Assembly (NCBI GenBank): GCA_918234285.1
Contig: CAKJXZ020000024.1
Coordinates: 20,354 to 84,353, forward strand
Direction: 5' to 3'
DNA from: Pseudomonadota bacterium
GTDB lineage: Bacteria; Pseudomonadota; Alphaproteobacteria; RF32; CAG-239
Length of the DNA: 64,000 bases
Shown: positions 1 to 9,383 of the stretch, in pieces
How positions within the stretch are numbered: the stretch's first letter is position 1
Layout: each line of letters starts with the position of its first letter
The notes under the pieces: generated by a model
Seen by the model: the letters and a program-made list of their open reading frames with translations, nothing else
What the model was told of the DNA's origin: nothing
Database searches by the model: none
Position numbers and translations under genes: made by a program

Positions 1-1
1 G

Positions 2-505
2 TTGGGGCATGACATCGGTTGTGTTGGTGAAGAAAGATACGCTGTATTTAAACAAAAACGCACGGAAATTGCAAAATTTAATGCGTATTGCGAAGGAAAA
101 ACAGTGTCTTTTACTGATATTGAAAAGCAAGGATTGAGTGTTAAACATAACGGCAAAAAGACATTAAAAGATGTAATGAGCTATCCGAATGTTTCACGTG
201 AAACAATGGAAAAAATTGATTCCGAAATAGCTAAAACCGATCCTAAAGTTTATGAGCAGATTGAGATTGATGCTAAATATTCGGGATATTTAAAACGTGA
301 ATACGAGGATATTGCCGTATTTAAAAAAGATGAAAATCTGAAAATACGCGAGGATCTTGATTATAGTAAAGTAGGGGGATTATCTACCGAAATGGTGCAG
401 CGTTTCTCAACCGTGCGCCCGAAAACCATCGGAGAGGCTTCCAGAATTACCGGCGTTACACCGGCCGCGGTCACTGCTTTGTTGGGGTATATCAAAAATG
501 CCTGA
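2..505 (+). CDS. mnmG: tRNA uridine-5-carboxymethylaminomethyl modification enzyme MnmG/GidA, C-terminal part (5' end outside window)
   Basis: EIDAKYSGYLKRE, LDYSKVGGLSTE, RPKTIGEASRITGVTPAA are GidA C-terminal motifs; upstream of rsmG-parAB. Confidence 0.93.
   Translation: MGHDIGCVGEERYAVFKQKRTEIAKFNAYCEGKTVSFTDIEKQGLSVKHNGKKTLKDVMSYPNVSRETMEKIDSEIAKTDPKVYEQIEIDAKYSGYLKREYEDIAVFKKDENLKIREDLDYSKVGGLSTEMVQRFSTVRPKTIGEASRITGVTPAAVTALLGYIKNA
190..205. promoter_or_regulatory. parS centromere site inside mnmG
   Basis: Perfect palindrome TGTTTCACGTGAAACA matching the parS consensus; parAB 2 kb downstream. Confidence 0.92.
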
Positions 506-1343
506 GTTTCAACCATATACGTATCATAGCCATACTAATTTTTCCGACGGCCATGATGAATTGCTTGCCATGGTTCGGCAGGCCAAAGAAATCGGTTTTA
601 CCGAACTTGGTGTCAGTGACCACTTAATTGTCCATAAAAATATGAAGCAAAGTTTAAGTTGGTCATATTTAGAAAAAAATCGCGCTTCGTATGTATATAA
701 CGATAATTTTAAAAGTATTTTGGAAAAATATCAACGCCATTGTGAAGAGATAAGGCGCGTTTCTCGGCAGGAGAATTTTCGATTGCTGGTCGGATTTGAG
801 GTTGATTATTTTCCGTATAACGGTTGGGAAGAAGAATTTAAGTGGTTTGTTTCGCAGCTTGATGTTGATTATTTACACAGCGGCAATCACTTTTTTTGCA
901 GTGAGGATTGCGAACAGATTATTAATATGACTTTCTTTTTAAGTGTATGTAAAGATGCGTCATTGCATAAGCAGTATTTTTCGCAACACTTTAAGATTTT
1001 GGAACGGGCCGTTAACTCCCAAATGTTCAAATTTTTAGCGCACATGGATTATATGCGACGCTTTGCCGGTGATGAATACGGCGTTGATACGTTGCGGCCG
1101 GAGAAAGAAGTAGTGTTAAAGGCATTGCGTGATACCGGCACGGCGCTGGAAATCAGTACTAAAGGACTGCGGAAAATAGGGGATTTTTATCCGGATTTCT
1201 CTATTTTGCAATTAGCCGGAAAAATGGGAATTTCGGCAGTGATAAGTGATGATGCACATTGTGTTGCCGAGCTGGGAATGGATTTTAAAAAAGCGGAAAA
1301 TGCTCTGCAAAAGGCCGGAATAACCAAACGACTTAAGCTTTAG
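498..1343 (+). CDS. PHP-family phosphoesterase, histidinol-phosphatase HisK/HisJ-like
   Basis: PHP motifs YHSHT, SDH, GFEVD, GNH, AHMD, EISTKG, SDDAH. Confidence 0.8.
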   Translation: MPEFQPYTYHSHTNFSDGHDELLAMVRQAKEIGFTELGVSDHLIVHKNMKQSLSWSYLEKNRASYVYNDNFKSILEKYQRHCEEIRRVSRQENFRLLVGFEVDYFPYNGWEEEFKWFVSQLDVDYLHSGNHFFCSEDCEQIINMTFFLSVCKDASLHKQYFSQHFKILERAVNSQMFKFLAHMDYMRRFAGDEYGVDTLRPEKEVVLKALRDTGTALEISTKGLRKIGDFYPDFSILQLAGKMGISAVISDDAHCVAELGMDFKKAENALQKAGITKRLKL

Positions 1344-1479
1344 GATATTAACTATCGTAGCGGAGTGTTTTTTAGCAAAAAAAACATTGTAAATTTCGCT
1401 TAAAAATTTTTAGTTTAAAAACCCATATATTTTGTTGCAAATTTAAAAGAATCTTCCATACTATCGCTCAGAGGGTAAA

Positions 1480-2106
1480 ATGGATATTGATTTTGAACTG
1501 CAAAAATACAATGTTTCACGTGAAACAATCCAAAAATTGCAAGATTTTGTGGCGATTTTGCGCGACTGGAACGAAAAAATGAATCTGGTCAGCAAAAATT
1601 CCATGGAAGATGTATGGGTACGCCATATTTTGGATTCTTTACAATTGATAGAGTATTTGTCGCCGGATGTGAAAAGTTTGGTAGATATCGGTAGCGGCGC
1701 CGGATTTCCCGGAGTAGTGCTGGCAATCGCTATGCAAGAAAAATTTCCGACGTCGCAAATCACTCTGGTTGAGAGTATTACTAAAAAAACGGTGTATTTA
1801 AAAGATGTATGCCAAAAATTGGGTCTTAATAATGTAAAGATTGAAAATAATCGCGTCGAGAGCATTGTATTTAAAGATGTGGATGCAATAACGGCACGCG
1901 CGGTTGCTGCTTTGGAGATTTTATGCGGCTATGCTTATAAAATCGGTAACAAGCAGACCGAGATGCTGTTTTTGAAGGGGCAAAGCTATGCGCAGGAGGA
2001 TGCCGCGGCAAGGCAGAAGTGGCGCTACGATGCAGATGTATATCCTAACCGCTACGCTGAAGGCGGTGTAATTATGAAGTTGCGTAATTTAAGGAAGCTC
2101 AAATGA
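1480..2106 (+). CDS. rsmG: 16S rRNA m7G527 methyltransferase RsmG/GidB
   Basis: WNEKMNLVS, RHILDS, DIGSGAGFPG, ITARAVA. Confidence 0.96.
   Translation: MDIDFELQKYNVSRETIQKLQDFVAILRDWNEKMNLVSKNSMEDVWVRHILDSLQLIEYLSPDVKSLVDIGSGAGFPGVVLAIAMQEKFPTSQITLVESITKKTVYLKDVCQKLGLNNVKIENNRVESIVFKDVDAITARAVAALEILCGYAYKIGNKQTEMLFLKGQSYAQEDAAARQKWRYDADVYPNRYAEGGVIMKLRNLRKLK
1512..1527. promoter_or_regulatory. parS centromere site inside rsmG
   Basis: Second perfect TGTTTCACGTGAAACA palindrome. Confidence 0.92.
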
Positions 2107-2870
2107 AGATAATATCTATTGCGAATCGTAAAGGAGGAGTTGGTAAAACCACTACCACAATCAATATTGCCACGGCGCTGTCGGCCGTCGGTAAAAAGGT
2201 ATTGGTGATTGACTTTGACCCGCAGGGAAACGCCACAACGTCGTTAGGTATTGCCAAGAAGAAAGGTCAATTTTCTTCATACAATGTATTGACCGGAGGC
2301 TGCGCGGCGGCTGAAGCAATAGTTCACACCGATATTACGCAGTTTGATTTAATGCCTTCTTCAGCGGACCTTGCGGCGGCGGAAATTGAGCTGGTTGAGT
2401 TACCGAATCGCGAATTCGTGCTTAAAAAAGCTTTGCAAAATTTGCAAAGTATCTACGACTATATACTAATTGATTGCCCGCCGTCGCTTAATTTGATAAC
2501 CATTAATGCGTTGGTATCTTCGGCATCGGTTATTGTGCCTTTGCAATGCGAATTTTTAGCGTTGGAAGGGTTGGCGGATTTAATCAAGAATATCAATGCA
2601 ATCAAACGTAATTTTAATCCGGAATTGAAATTGCAGGGAATTATTCTGACTATGTTCAGTCGGCAGAATAATTTAAGTAAAATGATCGAGGCCGATGTGC
2701 GCAAATATTTCGGCGACAAGGTCTATCGAACCGTTATTCCGCGGTGTGTGCGGATTGCCGAGGCGCCGTCTTTCGGTAAGCCGATTTTGGTGTATGATTT
2801 TAAAAGCACCGGTGCGCAAGCATATATTCAGTTAGCTAAAGAATTTTTAAAGCGTGAAAAGGAGATGTAA
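2103..2870 (+). CDS. parA: Chromosome partitioning ATPase ParA
   Basis: Deviant Walker A KGGVGKTT, DPQGN, IDCPPSL, EAPSFGKP; adjacent parB. Confidence 0.96.
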   Translation: MKIISIANRKGGVGKTTTTINIATALSAVGKKVLVIDFDPQGNATTSLGIAKKKGQFSSYNVLTGGCAAAEAIVHTDITQFDLMPSSADLAAAEIELVELPNREFVLKKALQNLQSIYDYILIDCPPSLNLITINALVSSASVIVPLQCEFLALEGLADLIKNINAIKRNFNPELKLQGIILTMFSRQNNLSKMIEADVRKYFGDKVYRTVIPRCVRIAEAPSFGKPILVYDFKSTGAQAYIQLAKEFLKREKEM

Positions 2871-3767
2871 ATGAACGCAAACAGCAGAAATCCTCTGGGT
2901 AAAGGTATAGGAGCATTATTGGGTGACGACGTCGATATCTTACTTGATGATGATAACGATGTCGAAAATTTTGTGCAGAACACTGTATTTAAAGATTCTA
3001 AAATCAACCCGTTTGAAGTTGCTACGGATTTGATAAGTCCGTGTGCTTTTCAGCCGCGGTCTGCATTTGATGAAGATGCTCTGGTATCTTTAAGCGAATC
3101 AATCAAAGAAAAAGGAGTTTTGCAACCGCTTTTGGTGCGCAAAAAAGATAATCGCTATGAAATCATCGCCGGAGAGCGTCGTTGGCGTGCTGCCCAAAAA
3201 GCCGGACTGAGAACGGTTCCGGTAATAATTAAGGATTTTTCAGATCAAGAGACGCTGGAAGTTGCTTTGGTTGAGAACTTGCAACGTGAAAATCTTTCGC
3301 CGATTGAGGAAGCCGAGGGTTTGAACCGATTAATGGCAGAATATGAATATACACAGGAAACTCTGGGAAAAGTTATCGGTAAATCTCGCAGTTATATTGC
3401 TAACAGTTTGCGTCTTCTGGTCCTGCCTTTTGATGTACAACAAATGGTTGCCGACGGCGCTTTGTCGGCCGGACATGCCCGAGCACTGGTGGGGTTGCCG
3501 AATGCTACCGAAATTGCCAAAGAAGTGGTTCGTAAAGGTTTGAATGTTCGCCAAACCGAAAAAATGATTGCCGGAATGAAGGATAACAAACCAAAACCGG
3601 AAAAATTAACCGACAAAGATTTACTGCAAATTATTGCTGATTTAGAACGTAAATTAAGCCTAAAAGTCAAAATTAATGCTGGTAAAAACGGAAAAGGTAG
3701 TGTAACATTAAAATACAATAATCCGGCGGAGCTCAGCTCCATTCTGGATATTTTGGAACAACGCTGA
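2871..3767 (+). CDS. parB: Chromosome partitioning protein ParB
   Basis: LGKGIGALL, QPR, IIAGERRWRAA, ENLQRENL, HTH SRSYIANSLRLL, GHARAL. Confidence 0.96.
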   Translation: MNANSRNPLGKGIGALLGDDVDILLDDDNDVENFVQNTVFKDSKINPFEVATDLISPCAFQPRSAFDEDALVSLSESIKEKGVLQPLLVRKKDNRYEIIAGERRWRAAQKAGLRTVPVIIKDFSDQETLEVALVENLQRENLSPIEEAEGLNRLMAEYEYTQETLGKVIGKSRSYIANSLRLLVLPFDVQQMVADGALSAGHARALVGLPNATEIAKEVVRKGLNVRQTEKMIAGMKDNKPKPEKLTDKDLLQIIADLERKLSLKVKINAGKNGKGSVTLKYNNPAELSSILDILEQR

Positions 3768-3785
3768 TATTATAAGGAGACGAAA

Positions 3786-4031
3786 ATGCCTACAATCTTG
3801 GAAATGATGTTGGAAAACTGCAAAAAAGCCGGATACCATCCGACACAAAATATTGAAAAAATCGCTAAAGCCAAGAATATGATGTTTGGTGAAAGCGAAT
3901 GGCGTCGCTGCCCGTGCGATGGCCAAAACGAAAAAAGATATTGCATTTCGGAATTATGCCGCAGCGATATTGAGCGTGACGGTATTTGTCATTGTCGTTG
4001 CTATCAAAAAGTTTCCGGCGATAATAAATAG
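3786..4031 (+). CDS. Ferredoxin-thioredoxin reductase catalytic-subunit-like small Cys-rich protein
   Basis: CPC...C-x4-C...CHC arrangement in 81 aa; SD AAGGAG upstream. Confidence 0.65.
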   Translation: MPTILEMMLENCKKAGYHPTQNIEKIAKAKNMMFGESEWRRCPCDGQNEKRYCISELCRSDIERDGICHCRCYQKVSGDNK

Positions 4032-4063
4032 ACGTCTGATCTTTAAACTTTCGGAATTTACAG

Positions 4064-7000
4064 ATGCGTAATCCGCAGTTCATACATTTGAGAGTGCATA
4101 CGGCTTATTCGCTTTCACTGGGCGCAATACCCGTGTCTAAGCTGACGGAGCGCTTGCATGAACTGAATGTACCGGCTTGCGCCATAACCGATCGCGGTAA
4201 CCTGTTCGGCGGGAAAGCTTTTTCCAAAAGCGCCGCCGATATGGGTATTAAACCGATTCTCGGGGCGGAATTGAGTCTGCATAATGACGATTCCGAAAAT
4301 CTTTCCTTATCTAAAGGGCAGGAGCTTGAGCCGCAACGCATAATATTGTTGGTGAAAGACGCACAAGGTTATGCTTCTTTAATGAAATTATTTCACCGCT
4401 ATTATCTGGATAATATGGAGAACAGCATATATCCGCAGATAAATATGACGGATTTGCGCAACTATGGTGCGGGGTTAATTTGTCTGACCGGCGGCTATGA
4501 AGGGCCGCTGGGGCAACTTATTTTGCAAAACCGCAAGGCAGATGCCGAGAAAAAACTGTTGGAACTGAAAGAGATTTTCGGTGACCGGCTGTATGTCGAA
4601 ATTTCACGTGTCGGCTATGATGAAGAGGCTGCCACCGAACCGGTGTTTTTGGAACTAGCCTACAAACACAATATACCTTTAGTGGCAACTAACGATGTTT
4701 TCTTTTTTGATGAGGATATGTATGAGGCGCATGATGCCCTAATTTGTATTGCCGCCGGCGAATATGTTGCCGACGACACGCGCCGTAAATACTTACCGAC
4801 AAATCGTTGGCGCAGCGAAAAAGAAATGGTCGAATTGTTCGCTGATATTCCGGAAGCTATTGAAAATACAGTAAAAATTGCTGAAAGATGCAATTATTTA
4901 TCTAAAAAAGTCGAGCCTTTGCTGCCGATATTTATATGTCCGGACAACAAAACCCAGGATGAATTTATTACCGAAGAAGCCTACAAGGGATTGCACGAGC
5001 GTATGGTAGCTCAAGTTTATACGCCGGAGATGACACCGGAAGAACGGTTGGCGATTGATGAAGAATATTATGCGCGACTGGAATATGAACTGAGTGTCAT
5101 TAAAAAGATGGGATTTCCCGGCTACTTTCTCATCGTTTCGGACTTTATTCGCTGGTCTAAAACACACGGCGTGCCGATTGGTCCGGGGCGCGGATCCGGT
5201 GCCGGTTCGATTGTGGCGTGGTCACTCAAAATTACGGACTTGGATCCGATTCGGTTGGATTTGTTGTTTGAGCGTTTTTTGAATCCGGAACGTGTCAACA
5301 TGCCGGATTTCGACGTTGACTTGTGTCAGGAGAATCGCCACAAAACCATCGAATATGTGCAAGAAAAATATGGTCATGAAAAAGTAGCGCAAATCATAAC
5401 TTACGGTAAGTTGCAGTCAAAGGCGGTGATTCGCGATGTGGCGCGCGTATTGCAAATGCCGTATAGTCAGGCTGATAAAATCTCCAAAATGATACCTCCC
5501 GGTTCCGGCGGCAAAAATCCGACTCTGCCGCAATCTCTGGAAATGGTGCCGGAACTGCGTGAAATGCGCGATACCGATCCGCAAATCAATAAGTTGTTCG
5601 AGATTGCCATAAAACTAGAGGGGTTGTATCGCAACTCCGGTATGCATGCGGCCGGAGTAGTTATCGGTGACCGTCCGCTGGATGAACTGGTGCCGCTGTA
5701 TAAAGACCCGCGCGCTGATATGCCGGTGACGCAATATGATATGAAGTTTGTAGAAGAAACCGGCCTGATTAAGTTCGATTTTTTGGGCTTGAAAACGCTG
5801 ACGGTAATTGAACGGGCGGTTGAATGGGTCAAAAAAATTCACGGGGTTGAACTCAAAATGGCCGAAGTGCCGCTTGATGATGTAGAAACCTATAAAATTT
5901 TGCAGGAAGGTAATACCAGTGCCGTCTTTCAATTTGAATCCGCCGGTATGCGCGACGTGATGAAACAAATCAAACCGGACCGTTTTGAGGATTTAATTGC
6001 GGTGATTTCGCTTTATCGACCGGGCCCGATGGCTAATATTCCGACATTTATCAATCGTAAGCACGGCATTGAAAAAATCGAATATCTGCATCCGGATTTG
6101 GCTCCGATACTTGATGAGACCTATGGCATTATGGTGTATCAGGAGCAGGTGATGAAGATTGCGCAGGTGCTTGGCGGATACACCCTCGGAGGTGCCGATA
6201 AATTGCGTAAGGTTATGGGTAAAAAAATGGTGGCGGAGATTCCGCATCAACGCGAAATGTTTACCGAGGGTGCCACCAAAAAAGGCATTGATCCGAAAAT
6301 TTCCGGAGCTATTTTTGACCAGATGGCCAAGTTTGCCGAGTACGGTTTTAATAAATCTCACGCCGCTGCTTATTCGCTGATTTCCTATCAAACGGCGTAT
6401 TTAAAAGCGCATTACCCGGTGGAATTTATGTGTGCGGTTATGGATTTTGATATTACCAATACCGATAAAATAGCGTTCTACACCGACGAAGTGCGGAAGA
6501 TGGGATTTAAAGTTTTGCCGCCGGATATAAATCGCTCCGATGCATTGTTCAAAGTGGAAGACGGTAATATTCGTTTTGCCCTTGCCGGAATCAAAAACGT
6601 GGGCGAGGCCAATATGAATGCAATCGTTGAAGAACGTGAAAAGAACGGTGTATTTAAAAATCTGTCGGATTTTATTCATCGGGTTGATATCAAACAAATC
6701 AATCGCCGGCAGATGGAGCAACTGATAAAGGCCGGTGCCTTTGACGGGCTGGAACAAAACAGAGCAAAATTATATAATAATATCGATACGGTTTTACGCC
6801 ATATTGCTGCGGCGTGCGAAACCAAAAACAGCGCGCAGACTTCGCTGTTCGGCAACCAGGAATTGGTGGCGGAAGTCAAACTGGAAAATGCCGGCGGTTG
6901 GTCCGACTTGGAAAAATTGCAGTATGAAGCGGAGGCCATCGGCTTCTATCTGTCGGCACACCCGCTCGACGTTTATAAAGACAGCGTTGAAAGATTGGGT

Positions 7001-7537
7001 ATCAAAAAATATATGGACGCCGTAAAAGGTATCAAAAACGGCGATAAAGTATTGGTAAATTTAGCCGGTTGTGTGCAGGGGCTGCAAAAACGCATCGGTA
7101 AAACCGGTAAAGAATACGGGATATTGCGGGTAAGCGACACCACATCTGCGTTTGACGGTTTTGTTTTCGGTGATTCGCTGTCGGCGGCAAAAGAGGCGGT
7201 CGCACAGGGAGTTCCACTATTTTTGGGAGCGCGGATTGAGAAAAAAGATGATGATACTCCGCCGCGTATAATTTTTGATATCGTGCGTACGCTTGATGAA
7301 CAGATTACCGATAATTCCAAAGGTTTGGTAATCGGGATATCCGATGTGGCGGCGGTACGTCCGATTAGAGAAATGTTGTCGCATGAACACTACGGACCGT
7401 ATAAAATATATATAGAGCCGGAATTACCGGATTGGGATATCAGAATCCAACTGAAAAACAGCTATGCGCTGGATAACGGCAAACTGATGACCAATATCCG
7501 CGCGGTTTCCGGCGTAACCTTGGTAAAGGAATTGTAA
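4064..7537 (+). CDS. dnaE: DNA polymerase III alpha subunit
   Basis: N-terminal PHP, GPGRGSGAGS, FERFLNPER, MPDFDVD, KFDFLGL, YGFNKSH. Confidence 0.98.
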   Translation: MRNPQFIHLRVHTAYSLSLGAIPVSKLTERLHELNVPACAITDRGNLFGGKAFSKSAADMGIKPILGAELSLHNDDSENLSLSKGQELEPQRIILLVKDAQGYASLMKLFHRYYLDNMENSIYPQINMTDLRNYGAGLICLTGGYEGPLGQLILQNRKADAEKKLLELKEIFGDRLYVEISRVGYDEEAATEPVFLELAYKHNIPLVATNDVFFFDEDMYEAHDALICIAAGEYVADDTRRKYLPTNRWRSEKEMVELFADIPEAIENTVKIAERCNYLSKKVEPLLPIFICPDNKTQDEFITEEAYKGLHERMVAQVYTPEMTPEERLAIDEEYYARLEYELSVIKKMGFPGYFLIVSDFIRWSKTHGVPIGPGRGSGAGSIVAWSLKITDLDPIRLDLLFERFLNPERVNMPDFDVDLCQENRHKTIEYVQEKYGHEKVAQIITYGKLQSKAVIRDVARVLQMPYSQADKISKMIPPGSGGKNPTLPQSLEMVPELREMRDTDPQINKLFEIAIKLEGLYRNSGMHAAGVVIGDRPLDELVPLYKDPRADMPVTQYDMKFVEETGLIKFDFLGLKTLTVIERAVEWVKKIHGVELKMAEVPLDDVETYKILQEGNTSAVFQFESAGMRDVMKQIKPDRFEDLIAVISLYRPGPMANIPTFINRKHGIEKIEYLHPDLAPILDETYGIMVYQEQVMKIAQVLGGYTLGGADKLRKVMGKKMVAEIPHQREMFTEGATKKGIDPKISGAIFDQMAKFAEYGFNKSHAAAYSLISYQTAYLKAHYPVEFMCAVMDFDITNTDKIAFYTDEVRKMGFKVLPPDINRSDALFKVEDGNIRFALAGIKNVGEANMNAIVEEREKNGVFKNLSDFIHRVDIKQINRRQMEQLIKAGAFDGLEQNRAKLYNNIDTVLRHIAAACETKNSAQTSLFGNQELVAEVKLENAGGWSDLEKLQYEAEAIGFYLSAHPLDVYKDSVERLGIKKYMDAVKGIKNGDKVLVNLAGCVQGLQKRIGKTGKEYGILRVSDTTSAFDGFVFGDSLSAAKEAVAQGVPLFLGARIEKKDDDTPPRIIFDIVRTLDEQITDNSKGLVIGISDVAAVRPIREMLSHEHYGPYKIYIEPELPDWDIRIQLKNSYALDNGKLMTNIRAVSGVTLVKEL

Positions 7538-7538
7538 A

Positions 7539-8528
7539 ATGCGTAAGAATAAATATACATTTTTCGGAGTTTTGCAAACGTGGACACAGCTGATAGTGCG
7601 CGCTTGCCGACAGTGGCGAATTTTCGGAGCATATGCTGCCGTGATAACGGTTATAGATGCGGTTTTCGGAAACTGGTCTTATTCTTGCCGCGGTGACGAG
7701 CCGGAGTTTTGGTGTGTCACTCTTCCGAACAATAAATATGTGGTAATTGCCGCTATGTGCATATTTTATTTATTGCTGACATACCTGATTTGCGCATTTG
7801 CAACGGATTTACACAATTCGCTGTTCAAGAACAGTGTATTTAAATCGCGGAACGTATTCTCTATCAGCAAGCAAAAGCTAAATATAACTGTTGTTCTGGC
7901 CGGATTGTTTTTGGGGGCGGCAATTTCTTTATTGGTAGCTTATTATATTATTCAGCGCCCGGCTAATCCGGATTTTGAGGTTGAGTTTGGCTACTTTCTG
8001 ATAGTGTTTGTGTTGCTGATGATACCGCTGATGATGATTCGATGTGCGGCTTGTTTTGCCTATTATATCGACACCGGGCACTTTGCTTTGGGCAAAGTAT
8101 ATAACTACACGAGCGGTCGTTCTTATATCAGTGTGATGATGTTTTTACTGTTGGCGATAGTTTTGCTGATAATAAGCATGAATGCCTACGGATTTTTCAA
8201 TCGTATCTCATTTGAATATAACAGTCTTACAACCGCTGTGGCAACCGATTTTACCGATAATCTGCTTAAATTGGTAATAGTAACGGCATTTTTATTGTTT
8301 GCACAGGCGCAATATATTCGTATGGAAGAAACTGAAGAATTGCACAGGGAACTTGTTGCTGCCGAAATTAAAGCTCATTTGGAAAGAGAAATCCCGGCAG
8401 ATTCTCAAACATCTGCAGCTTCTCTAACAGAAACCAAATTAACCGCGAAGGCTGCCAAAAAGAAGAAGAATCAGCATAAATCATCAAAGGTGTCCACAGC
8501 AAAAACCGCGAGGAAGCAAAACAGATGA
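7539..8528 (+). CDS. Hypothetical polytopic membrane protein with Lys-rich C-terminal tail
   Basis: About 6 hydrophobic segments; starts 1 nt after the dnaE stop. Confidence 0.65.
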   Translation: MRKNKYTFFGVLQTWTQLIVRACRQWRIFGAYAAVITVIDAVFGNWSYSCRGDEPEFWCVTLPNNKYVVIAAMCIFYLLLTYLICAFATDLHNSLFKNSVFKSRNVFSISKQKLNITVVLAGLFLGAAISLLVAYYIIQRPANPDFEVEFGYFLIVFVLLMIPLMMIRCAACFAYYIDTGHFALGKVYNYTSGRSYISVMMFLLLAIVLLIISMNAYGFFNRISFEYNSLTTAVATDFTDNLLKLVIVTAFLLFAQAQYIRMEETEELHRELVAAEIKAHLEREIPADSQTSAASLTETKLTAKAAKKKKNQHKSSKVSTAKTARKQNR

Positions 8529-9271
8529 AATACATAATTTCGATATTGTTCGGTTTGTTTTTATGGCCGGCATCAATAAGCGTTGCCGCACCGAGCGTTG
8601 CCGATGTTGAAAACGCCATAAAAAAGAGTGATGTTGCTACGTTGGAAAAAATGATTAAGAGCGAGCTCGATTTGAATATGCATGATTCACATGGAAATTC
8701 GCTGTTTTATTTTGCGCTTACCAATACGCGTTCGCCGCAGATATTACGCTTTTTGGCAGATAACGGTGCCGATTTGAATACGCCGGTACCATCGACCGGA
8801 GAAACTCCGTTGGTTTATGCTGTTGCGGCAGCAGACAGGATACAGGCAGACGCCGAGCGGGTATTTATCGGAGAACTATCGCCGCGGGATCGAGAAAAAA
8901 TGGCGGATGATTTTAAAAAGGTTGCGGCCAAAGAAATGAAACGTGCCGTAGAAACGGTGCGTCTGCTTGTGGATTTAGGGGCAGATATCAATCAGGAAAC
9001 ACCGCTCGGCACCCCGTTGATGAAGGCGGCAACCAATGCGTGGAATGGTGAGATTGTGGCTATGTTGCTTGAAGCCGGAGCCGATGTGAATCAAGAAGAT
9101 CAAAACGGACGTACGGCTTTGTTTTATGCCGAAGCATACGGCAATTCCGACATTTCTCTGCAGCTTATTGCCGCCGGTGCCGATGTTTATCACACCGACG
9201 TCAACGGCAAAACATATATCGAAGCTGAGAAAAAAGACTTGCAGCCCGAAGAAATTATCCACGATATGTAA
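8525..9271 (+). CDS. Secreted ankyrin-repeat protein
   Basis: Signal peptide; ankyrin motifs GETPLVYA, GADIN, GTPLMKAA, GADVNQEDQNGRTALFYA. Confidence 0.85.
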   Translation: MKYIISILFGLFLWPASISVAAPSVADVENAIKKSDVATLEKMIKSELDLNMHDSHGNSLFYFALTNTRSPQILRFLADNGADLNTPVPSTGETPLVYAVAAADRIQADAERVFIGELSPRDREKMADDFKKVAAKEMKRAVETVRLLVDLGADINQETPLGTPLMKAATNAWNGEIVAMLLEAGADVNQEDQNGRTALFYAEAYGNSDISLQLIAAGADVYHTDVNGKTYIEAEKKDLQPEEIIHDM

Positions 9272-9383
9272 AATTTTATCACAAAGATAGTGAAAAGTAT
9301 TTTTTTATGCTTTAGTATACACTCAACCGGTCAGGGTAATGAAATTACTTTGGCCAAAGTTTAATTTTAAAAAGGAAGGAAAA

